Source: Malacoraja senta | Lineage: Eukaryota | Assembly: GCA_038087875.1 (NCBI GenBank) | Contig: JAXLNO010000079.1 | Span: 310,001-374,000, forward strand | Direction of reading: 5' to 3' | Length of the DNA: 64,000 bases | Part shown: piece by piece, positions 52,938 through 63,170 of the stretch | Position numbering within the stretch: the stretch's first letter is position 1 | Layout of the letters: each line of letters begins with the position of its first letter | Notes under the pieces: generated by a model | What the model was told of the DNA's origin: nothing | The model's database searches: none | Seen by the model: only the letters and a program-made list of their open reading frames with translations | Translations under genes and position numbers: made by a program

Positions 52938-54331
52938 CATAGATACATAGATACATAGAAAATAGGTGCAGGAGTAGGCCATTCGGCCCTTTGAGCCTGC
53001 ACCGCCATTCAATATGATCATGGCTGATCATCCAACTCAGTATCCCGTACCTGCCTTCACTCCATACCCCCTGATCCCTTTAGCCACAAGGGCCACATCT
53101 AACTCCCTCTTAAATATAGCCAATGAACTGGCCTCAACTACCCTCTGTGGCAGAGAGTTCCAGAGATTCACCACTCTCTGTGTGAAAAAGTTTTTCATCA
53201 TCTCGGTCTTAAAGGATTTCCCCCTTATCCTTAAGCTGTGACCCCTTGTCCTGGACTTCCCCAACATCGGGAACAATCTTCCTGCATCTAGCCTGTCCAA
53301 CCTCATAAGAATTTTGTACGTTTCTATAAGATCCCCTCTCAATCTCCTAAATTCTAGCGAGTATAAGCCAAGTCTATCCAGTCTTTCTTCATATGAAAGT
53401 CCTGACATCCCAGGAATCAGTCTGGTGAACCTTCTCTGCACTCCCTCTATGGCTATAATGTCCTTCCTCAGATTTGGAGACCAAAACTGTATGCAATACT
53501 CCAGGTGTGGTCTCACCAAGACCCTGTACAACTGCAGTAGAACCTCCCTGCTCCTATACTCAAATCCTCTTGCTATGAAGGCCAACATACCATTCGCTTT
53601 CTTCACTGCCTGCTGCACCTGCATGCCTACTTTCAATGACTGGTGTACCATGACACCCAGGTCTCGCTGCATCTCCCCATTTCCTAATCGGCCACCATTT
53701 AGATAATAGTCTGCCTTGCCGTTTTTGCCACCAAAGTGGATAACCTCACATTTATCCACATTATACTGCATCTGCCAAACATTTGCCGACTCACCCAGCC
53801 TATCCAAGTCACCTTGCAGTCTCCTAGCATCCTCCTCACAGCTAACACTGCCCCCCAGCTTAGTGTCATCCGCAAACTTGGAGATGTTGCTTTCAATTCC
53901 CTCGTCCAGATCATTAATATAAATTGTAAATAGCTGGGGTCCCAGCACTGAGCCTTGCGGTACCCCACTAGTCACTGCCTGCCATTGTGAAAAGGACCCG
54001 TTTACTCCTACTCTTTGCTTCCTGTTTGCCAGCCAGTTCTCTATCCACATCAATACTGAACCCCCAATACCGTGTGATTTAAGTTTGTATCCTAATCTCT
54101 TATGTGGTACCTTATCGAAAGCCTTCTGAAAGTCCAGATACAACACATCCACTGGTTCTCCCCTATCCACTCTACTAGTTACATCCTCGAAAAATTCTAT
54201 AAGATTCGTCAGACACGATTTACCTTTCGTAAATCCATGCTGACTTTGTCCAATGATTTCACCACTTTCCAAATGTGCTGCTATCCCATCTTTAATAAGT
54301 GACTCTAGCAGTTTCCCCACTACCGATGTTA
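52938..54331 (-). mobile_element. 5'-truncated CR1 with an open RT frame (53037-54320), inserted at the gag-protease junction
   Basis: 427-aa uninterrupted RT with FADD; (TATCTATG)n tail; host frame HRL|YAW rejoins. Confidence 0.9.
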
Positions 54332-54363
54332 GAGGCGATGTTTTAGGCCGACCACCTCAGCGA

Positions 54364-55098
54364 CTACTGGCGGCCGGCCCTGGCGTTTCCTGGATACGAG
54401 CAGGGTGGGCGGCACTGATGGGCTGCGGGGCCCCAGCGCTGGTGGTAATAACACCACTTCCCCTTACCCGGGTCGTTCGGGACAGGCGGCGCAGCTGAAC
54501 TCCCAGTCGTTGCAGGGCCTGGTTTCTGTGCCCTCCAAGGCACCACCGCTACTCGATCGATGAGCTGCTTGGCTTGCCACAGCTCATCGGCTCGCTCCGC
54601 TAGCTGCAGGGGGCCAGCGATATCCTCACCGGCGAGCAGCAGGCGGATGTCGTCTGGCATCTGCTCCAGGAACGCGCGCTCAAAGAGCAGACAGGGCCGA
54701 TGGTCGTCCATTAGGGTGAGCATCTCTCTCATCAGCTCCAACGGCTTGCGATCGCCGAGGCCGCCCATGTGTGGGAGCCGCACTGCGCAGTCCCGGCAGC
54801 TGAGCCCAAAGATCTGCAAAAGCAGTGCTTTAAGGCCCTCATATTTGTCCTGATCTGGCGGTGCGCAGAGGAAAGGGACCAGGCGATCGGCCGTCTTCTG
54901 ATCCAATGCTCTGCCAACACAGTAGTACCGGGTGTCATCGGCTGTGATGCGTCGAATGTGGAACTAGGCCTCGGCTTGTTGTAACCACCCCTGGGACTGC
55001 GATGTCCAGAACACGGGCAGCTTCAGGGAGACAGTGTACTGCTGGGCTGGAATGTTAGCAACCTCACGCTGTGGAGGTTGGTCGTCGGCTGCGAACAT
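54364..55098 (-). pseudogene. Gypsy gag with CHCC motif, disrupted
   Basis: MFAADD..SLKLPVFW..AEA* (stop at 54964-54966), then ..CYYHQRWGPAAHQCRPPC. Confidence 0.75.
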
Positions 55099-55238
55099 GT
55101 TTGAAATCCGAAATGACCGATTTGGATCGTCGGGGTCACCAATATGGTGGGCGAATAAATGAGCCACGCGTGGTGAAAACAAAGAGAACTTTATGGCTCT
55201 GGTAAAGAGATCAACACACACGAGAATGGGGGAGAGCT

Positions 55239-55850
55239 TCTTCTTCTTCTTCTTCTTTGGAGTTTTACGGCAGCCGGCATCCGCAATGTTGCATTGCTGC
55301 CACCTTCTGTCTTCATTCCACCGTTCCTCATGTCTTTACACTATATCCTTTTTATAAGCCCAGAGGCCCTCAAAAAATCAAACAACAACTTTATTCCTTT
55401 TCCTTTCCCTCCACACTCTAGAATGTTCTTTACTGATAGTTCTGTCAATCCAATTTTCCTCTTTTCATTGATCATCAATCCTCTTTCTGTCTCATATCTC
55501 CTACATGCAATTAGGACATGCTGAACTGTTTCTGGCTGATGGCATTCTTCACACAGCCCAGTAGGGTGTTTTCCCAATATTTTTTATGTGCTGTTCAGGT
55601 GAGTGTGTCCTATCCTCAATCTTGTTAATACTACCTGTTCCCCCCTGTTCCCCCCTCTTCTTGCTGTAATGCCCACTCTGTTTTGTAGCGTATAGAGGTG
55701 TCTCCCCTTTGTCTCCTGTTCCCAGTATTGTTGCCATTCCTGATTTATTTTCTTCCACACAATGTGTTTTCCTTCAGATTTGGATAGTTGTAAGTTTACC
55801 TCTATGTTTCTTTTTTTTACAGCCTCCTTTGCCAATTTATCCACCTTTTC
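55239..55850 (-). mobile_element. Nimb/I-clade LINE 3' fragment 1
   Basis: RNase H end (EKVDKLAKEA), RLRIGH, CEEC..ETVQHVLIAC zinc knuckle, (GAA)n tail, 16-bp TSD AGAATGGGGGAGAGCT. Confidence 0.78.
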
Positions 55851-55866
55851 AGAATGGGGGAGAGCT

Positions 55867-56162
55867 TCTTCTTCTTCTTGTAGGATTCCGGCAGTGTAGA
55901 CGCTGCTAAGCGTATTACTGCCCTCCACAGGTCAAAGTTTGAACTAAATTCTTACATACAGTCCTGTAACTTGCAGGAATTGAAGAACAGCCCTGGATAT
56001 CAGTTGATGTTTCTCATTGTGTCCAAACAAAGATAAAACAGAAAAAGCCTCAACTGCAAGTCCTGTCAGTCTAACAAACAATACTTTTCTTTCTACCCTA
56101 TACTTTTTACATTCTAGGAAAACATGCTTAACTGTCTCATTACTCCCACATTCACACAAGCC
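55867..56162 (-). mobile_element. Nimb/I-clade LINE 3' fragment 2 (different family)
   Basis: GLCECGSNETVKHVFLEC knuckle, (GAA)n tail, 14-bp TSD AATGGGGGAGAGCT. Confidence 0.75.
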
Positions 56163-57008
56163 AATGGGGGAGAGCTGACCCAGGGCTCCATACTTATACC
56201 CGGGCACACCCCCTAAACCTCGTGACAACTGTTTCCCGCCATTACCCAGTCACGTGACCCTACCCCGGACTGCCAAGGGTTCGAATACAGGTGGCGCCAC
56301 AATCATGGGATTATGGGGAAAAGCAGGAAGGGGGTACAGGCATAGGTAACCCTTTTGCACAAAGGGTGGTGGGTGTATGGAAAGGATTAATGGGTGACGT
56401 TTCGGGTCGAGAACCTACTTCTCTGACTAGAACAAAGCGATATGAGGCTTGGCTCGTCAACAGTTGGTCCCAGACCACGGTTCCCGGAATTGATGGAATA
56501 TTTTTCTCTGCAGTGAAGCAACCTCACGTTCGCTCACTTCAATGTGTGGGGGCACTTAGTGAAATTATTTACTTTCTGCGTTGAAATGTGTGTGATCTAT
56601 TCCGAATGTAATACAATTCATGTAAAGCTATGGGCCGACATGATCCATTAAATTTAATGCTTATTAAAATAATGGATAAAACGTATTGCTACTAATCTTC
56701 CTGCGGCAGCCGCCTGCTCTATTACAATGCCCGCGGGGATTCGGCTCCCCCGCCTGGGTCACAAAGTGACCTCTTTCCTGAGTAAATGCAATCTCGTCCC
56801 GCGGGATCCGTTCAAAAATAGGTCCCAAAACACAGAAGAAAACTCAATTACTCCGGACTCCATCACCCCGGGCAGCTGACGCTCACTGACACTGCGACTC
56901 GGGTCCTCACAGAAATTACCAGGTTTTGCGGGTGCGAACCCGAAGTGCCCCCCCCCCCCTCCCGCGGAGTTCTGCTCGGCTTCTCAGACCAGGGCTTTCC
57001 TCGCCTCC

Positions 57009-57024
<16 letters not shown>

Positions 57025-57039
<15 letters not shown>

Positions 57040-57647
57040 ACACAGTCATACACACACACTCACTCACACACACACTCACACACACACACACACACACTCA
57101 CACACACACACACATAGTCATACACACACACACACACACACCTAGTCATACAAACACCCACACACACTCACTCACACACACACACACACTCATACACTCA
57201 CACTCACACACACACACATAGTCATACACACACACTCACACACACACACACTCACACGTACACACTCACACACATACACACTCACTCACACACACACACA
57301 GTCATACACACACACTCACACACACACACACACACACACACTCACTCACACACACTCACACACACACACACATAGTCATACACACACACTCACACACACA
57401 CACACATAGTCACACACACACATAGTCATACACACACACTCACACACACACACACACACAGTCATACACACACACACACACACACACTCACACACACACA
57501 CACACACACACTCACTCACACACACACACACACACTCACACACACACACACATAGTCATACACACACACTCACACACACATAGTCATACACACACACACA
57601 CACACACACACTCACACACACACACACACACTCACACTCATACACAC
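57025..57647. repeat. Compound (CA)n microsatellite, ~620 bp, with CT and TAGTCATA interruptions
   Basis: Direct inspection; preceded by a poly-C run. Confidence 0.95.
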
Positions 57648-58040
57648 CTTTCTACAGCGCAGGGCAGCTTACATCGATGACTCTCACCGTCAAATGAATT
57701 TGATTCTGAATGTACAAAGTCATACAGCACGGAAACAGGCCCTTCGGCCCAACCTGTCCCTGCCGCCCAACATTCCCCATCTACACCAGTCCCACATTCG
57801 TGTATTTGGCCCATATCCCGCTAAATCTTGTAGGAATGAACTGCGGATGCTGGTTTATACGGAAGATAGACACAGAATGCTGGCGTAACTCAGCGGGACA
57901 GGCAGCATCTCTGGAGAAAAGGGAATAGATGACGATTCAGATCGAGTCACAGACCTCCTTGTGTACGTTTTGGAAGAAGAAACGCGAGGTCATAAGTGAT
58001 AGGGGTAGAATTAAGCGTTGAGTGTAGGAGCGAGTTGTAC

Positions 58041-58830
58041 AGTTCTGCAGTTGTACAGGGCCCTAGTGAGACCACACCTGGAGCATTGTGTGCAGTTTTG
58101 GTCTCCAAATTTGAGGAAGGACATTCTTGCTATTGAGGGAGTGCAGCGTAGGTTCACCAGGTTAATTCCCGGGATGGCGGGACTGTCATATGCTGAGAGA
58201 ATGGAGCGGCTGGGCTTGTATACTCTGGAATTTAGAAGGATGAGAGGATATCTTATTGAAATATATAAGATTGTTAGGGTGTTCAAGAAGGAACTGCAGA
58301 TGCTGGAAAATCGAAGGTACACAAAAATGCTGGAGAAACGCAGCGGGTACAGCAGCATCTATGGAGCGAAGGAAATATGCAACGTCTGAAGAAGGGTTTC
58401 GGCCCGAAACGTTGCCTATTTCCTTCGCTCCATAGATGCTGCTGCACCCGCTGAGATTCTCCAGCATTTTTGTGTACCTAAGATTATTAGGGGTTTGTAC
58501 ACGCTAGACGCAAGAAACATGTTCCCGATGTTGGGGGAGTCCAGAACCAGGGGCCACAGTTTAAGAATAAGGTGTAAGCCATTTAGAACGGAGATGAGGA
58601 AATAGTTTTTCACACAGATAGTCTGTGGAATTCTCTGCCTCGGTGGAGGCCAGTTCTCTGGATACTTTCAAGAGAGAGTTAGATAGAGCTCAAAGATACC
58701 GGAGTCAAGGGATATGGCGAGAAGGCAGGAACGGGGTACTGATTGTGGATGATCAGCCATGATCACATGGAATGGCGGTGCTGGCTCGAAGGACCGAATG
58801 GCCTACTCCTGCACCTATTGTCTATTGTCT
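58041..58830 (+). mobile_element. 5'-truncated CR1 with nested Penelope-derived insertion
   Basis: RPHLEHCVQFW peptide and (TCTATTG)n tail. Confidence 0.85.
58280..58478. mobile_element. Penelope pLTR-derived fold-back insertion with hammerhead-like core
   Basis: 14-bp TSD TAAGATT(G/A)TTAGGG (58266-58279, 58479-58492); CTGAAGA..GAAACGTT at 58386-58413. Confidence 0.82.
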
Positions 58831-59105
58831 AGGCCATCGTCTACTCCGCCATTCAATCATGGCTGATCTATCTCCCTCCTAACCCCATTCTCCTGCCTTC
58901 TCCCCATAACCTCTGACACCCGTACTAATGAAGAATCTATCTATCTCTGCCTTAAAAATATCGACTGACTTGGCCTCCACCGCCGTCTGTGGCAAATAAT
59001 TCTACAGATTCACCACCCTCTAGCTAAAGAAATTCCTCTTCTCCTTCCCGATGAGCGCGTCTCATCCTCCTCTACAGAGTTGATTCATAGCCGCTCTTTC
59101 TCCCA

Positions 59106-59380
59106 TTAGGAACAGCTTCTTCCCCTCTGTTATCAGGCTTCTGAACGGTCCTTTTATAAGCTAGGATACTGTCCGATTCACCTCTGCCCCATTGCGGACT
59201 CTGGACTTTGTCTTTAGAACTGATGCGCTACAATGCTGACGACGATATACTGCACTCTGTATCTTCCCCTTTGCTCCACCTATTGGAGTTTGGCGATTGT
59301 ATTTATGTATCGTATCTGATCTGATTGGATAGCGTGCAGAACAAAGCTTTGCACTGTACCTCGGTACACGTGACATTAAT
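59106..59380 (+). mobile_element. Rex1/Babar-like LINE 3' end
   Basis: RNSFFPSVIRLLN C-terminal peptide followed by ..CACTGTACCTCGGTACACGTGACA; similar tail fragments near 26150 and 44920. Confidence 0.55.
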
Positions 59381-61051
59381 GAACCTGAGAATAACCTGTA
59401 GACTATAACTGAGCATAATCTGTTCCCGCTTCAGGTCCGTGTCACCGGGTGGAAGTGAAGCCGTCTTTAGCCGACGCCTTTGCCCTCGGCTCCGGTGCTG
59501 CGGCTCCGTGTGTCCGGCGACTGCACCGCCCAGGTCGGTGAACAAGTTTCCCGAGCTCCCGGGTTCGCTCCCAAATACACGATGCGTTTCGTAACCGCCT
59601 CGGCAGAGCCGCTCACAATTATAGCATTTGATCTATGATTGCGCCGAGTAGCATGAAATGCATTTGTCACATTTTAAAACAACTTTGTTTTCGTTGTTTC
59701 ATGGCTGGGTAGCTTTAATATTATTATAATTATTTATGGAAGATTTAGAAGAAAGCAGGAGATGCCACTAAATGAAGAATGTGTCGCCCGAGACCCCGAG
59801 ATTTGCAATTCAAATTACGTTTCAGGGCAATTGAGTTTGATTCAATTAGAGTTAGTAAATAATAATTTTGAAAGTAAAAGCCTTTTGCCATTAAAGCGAT
59901 GTGAACTGAGCAGAGAAACATTTGTAACGGTCCAACGCTCCGACACGTCCCCAGCGCGCAAAGCCGTCCGTGTGGAGAGCGCTGGGCGCCCGGTACCGGG
60001 CCTCTGGACACGTCCAGCTATCTAATACCCTGAGCGATGGGGAAAGTCCCGGGGCAGCTCTTTAGCTGATTCAAAGCCGCTGAAGAAGTGTCTTAACCTC
60101 CTCAAGTTCATAACCCGATGCGCAAAGTTTTATTATTTACCCGATCAACAAAGTGTAACTTTATTATTATTGAAAAAGTTAATTTTACATTTATTGCAGA
60201 AAAGATCAACCTTGTTGACTGGTGTCTGGTCTGTGATCGCTCCTCATTGGGAGCTGGAATCAGAAGCCACGGAATCCCAGCGCCGGCATGAATTGATTTC
60301 ACCCGGTATCCGTCATCTCCACCCCTTTGTATCTCAGGGGCTCCAACCATTTCCATTACACACGGTAACAGGACCGCAGCTGGTTCACCCGCAGCGCTTC
60401 CAATATCACAGTAGACACAAGGAACCTCAGTAGCTGAATCTTGAGAGAAATAAACAAAGTGCTGGATAAATTCAGCGGGACAGGCGGCATCTCTGGAGAG
60501 AAGGAATGGGTGACGTATCAGGTCTGAAGATTGCTCTCGACCCACAACGTCATTCATTCCTATTCTCCACAGATGCTGCCTGACCCGCTGAGTTACTCCA
60601 GCATTTTGTATCTGTCTTCCCTCCACTCTCCCGTCGCTCATTCCTCCTCTCAAGTCTTACTCCAAAACCTCTTCTCATTCGCAAACTGTTGCTGCAACCA
60701 GTTATTAACAGGAGTTAGTGTGAACAGGTCCGCTCGGGTCACCGCTGGCGGCTTCGCTTAAATCAAGGAACACTCAATTAACCAGAAACAATTAACGCGA
60801 CTACAATCGCGGGCCATGAATAATGCATGCCATTTTCATAATTACAGCTACAGATTGCCTTTCGTCTGAATGTCTCCAAAACAATGATCGCTTGGAGCAC
60901 TAATGTTTTATTTTCTGTATTTACTACACTGATAATTGTTAGAATTCGCTGCGAAGCGTTCTATAAGTGACCGCTGTTCTAGGTATAAATGCGATACGTG
61001 TTGCTATCGGTTCATTTGAATGTTCCCCACTTCACAAGAAGGGTCCGACTC

Positions 61052-61249
61052 GAAACTTCGCCTATCCATGTTCCCCACAGATGCTGCCTGACCCGCTGAG
61101 TTACTCCAGCACTCTGTGAAACGTCACCTATCCATGTTCTCCACAGATGCTGCCTGACCCGCTGAGTTACTCCAGCACTCTGTGAAATGTCACCTATCCA
61201 TGTTCTCCACAGATGCTGCCTGACCCGCTGAGTTACTCCAGTACTCTGT
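61052..61249 (+). repeat. 3 x 66-bp tandem repeat of a Penelope pLTR segment
   Basis: Units start at 61052, 61118 and 61184 (GAAAC..CCTATCCATGTT..CTCCAGCACTCTGT). Confidence 0.85.
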
Positions 61250-61605
61250 TTCCCTTTTCACAAAGTCTTACTGGAGTCAATGAGAACAATAATCTACCTG
61301 ACAACGTGAAGCTATCGAATGAAATCGCTTGGTGTGTATTTTCTAAAATATTTCGCGCACACTTTAAACAATTACGCGATCAATTGGTTCAAATTGTAAG
61401 CTCGCGATTCTCCCCCCTGTCAGGTGTTAAAGAGGCGCCGGAGGGGGTTTGTACATTTTTAAAACTGTACGGAGCCGATGTTGGTGCCAGCCCCGCGCTG
61501 TCGCCGTGAGACGCCGATCTCGTCACATTTGGTGCCAGACTGAAGGGATGTCAACCATTGCGCTCAGTATTTAACCCGCTGCAGCGAGACTGGCAGGTGT
61601 TGCAG

Positions 61606-61870
61606 CCCGGCCCGGCTCAGCTCACAACGCCAGTACCCCCTCTCCTAGACCAGACCGGCCCGGCCCGGCTCAGCTCACAACGCCAGTACCCCCTCTCCTA
61701 GACCAGACCGGCCCGGCCCGGCTCAGCTCACAACGCCAGGACCCCCTCTCCTAGACCAGACCGGCCCGGCCCGGCCCGGCTCAGCTCACAACGCCAGGAC
61801 CCCCTCTCCCGACCCCAGCCCAGCCCGGACCCCCTGTCCTGTCCCGGACCCCCTGTCCTGTCCCGGCCCG
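61606..61870 (+). repeat. GC-rich 53-58-bp tandem repeat just upstream of the ECEL1 start codon
   Basis: CTCAGCTCACAACGCC recurs at 61616, 61669, 61722 and 61780. Confidence 0.9.
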
Positions 61871-61931
61871 GCGGCTGTTGTGAAGTTGTGTGTCGGCTGC
61901 TGCCCAGGAGTTGGCGCGGTTCGTGGGGACG

Positions 61932-62696
61932 ATGGAGACAACGTACTCACTGACAGCCCATTACGATGAGTTTCAGGAGGTGAAGTACGTGAACAGGTTG
62001 AGCTCGGGGACTCTACACAGCGGCCTCAACCTGCAGCTGGGTCCGAGGAGGCCGGAGCGGGGCGGGCAGCGGGGCGGGCAGCGGGGCGGTGGCGGTAGCG
62101 GCGGCTGGAAGCGGCGTGAGGTGTGCCTGCTGTCGGCGCTGGTGTTTGCGGCGGGACTGTGCGTTATCCTGGGCAGTATGTTGCTACTCAAGTACCTGTG
62201 GCCCGCGTCCGACGCCGGTTGCCGGGAGGAAGGCGGGCGCCGCGGGGGCTTCGCCAAGGCAGCGCGGCTCATCTCCAGCAACATCGACGCCAGCATCGAC
62301 CCGTGCCGTGACTTCTATAGCTTCTCCTGCGGCGGCTGGCTCAGCAGACACGCCATCCCTGAGGACACCCTGAGCTACGGCACGGTCACCGCCATCGCCC
62401 ACAACAACCGCCAGAAACTACAGCGTCTCCTCACACAACCTGTCCGCCGGCCCCACCGCCGCTCCGCCGAGAGGAAGGTGAAGCAGTTCTACCGCTCCTG
62501 CACCGACCTGGGCGAGATCGAGCGGCTGGGAGCCGGGCCTCTGCTGCACATTATCGGCCAGTGCGGCGGCTGGGACGGTGCTGACGGCCGCTTCCGTGAA
62601 CTGCTCTACAGAAGCCAGGCTCTGTACAGCACTGCCGCCTTCTTCTCACTCAGTGTCAACGTGGACGACAGCAACACTTCGCGGAACGTGATCAGA
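61932..62696 (+). CDS. ECEL1: Endothelin-converting enzyme-like 1 (M13 peptidase), first coding exon, 255 codons
   Basis: METTYSLTAHYDEFQEVKYV N-terminus, TM segment REVCLLSALVFAAGLC.., IDPCRDFYSFSCGGW; ATG in context ACGATGG; phase-0 donor AGA|GTAAGT at 62697; CpG-rich. Confidence 0.93.
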
Positions 62697-63170
62697 GTAA
62701 GTCTTGGTAACTTTATAAAGGACAGGGAAGGTTGTGGGCATTATTTACCGACGCGGGACTCGGTCAAAGCCGCACACGTGTCGCCGGGTCACCGTTCCCG
62801 TGTTGGGACAACCCTGGGTTTGCCACTTGCTGCTGCCCTCTGTCACCACTGGCAGTGGTTTGTCCTCCGAACTGCTGGAATCTTAAACAAAACACAAAGT
62901 GCTGGAGGAACTCAGCGGGTCAGGCAGTGTCTGAGCAGCGAACAGACACATGGCGTTTCGGGGTGGGGCCCTTCTTCAGATTGAAGAAACGTCGCCTGAC
63001 CATTTCCTCCACAGACGCTGCCTTACCCGATGTGTTTTGTTCAAGACTCCAGTCTGTGTGGTTACCGAGTGGGTGAGTCGTGCAGCCGCGACCTCCCGCA
63101 TCCCAGCGGCCAGTCAACAGTCCCCATCCCGCCACCGCTCCCGGAGACAAGGGATTTAATGTTTGTGAAA

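Larger units (their letters stand above)
52358..56301 (-). mobile_element. Internally deleted Ty3/Gypsy LTR retrotransposon, CsRn1-clade-like
   Basis: LTRs 52358-52595 and 55143-56301 (interrupted); 4-bp TSD ATCA (52354-52357, 56302-56305); tRNA-Trp PBS at 55128-55141; PPT 52600-52613; gag with SLKLPVFW and Cx2Hx9Cx3C; protease LVDTGA..LLGADFL; RT/RH/IN absent. Confidence 0.87.

Noticed and set aside
55128..55141. tRNA-Trp gene
   Set aside because: Only the 14-nt 3' end including CCA is present, adjacent to an LTR; it is a primer-binding site
56926..57145. His/Thr-rich ORFs
   Set aside because: Translation of poly-C and (CA)n microsatellite
61890..62984. 364-aa single-exon ORF from the track
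   Set aside because: The true start is ATG 61932 and ECEL1 similarity stops at the GTAAGT donor (62697); the rest is intron read-through
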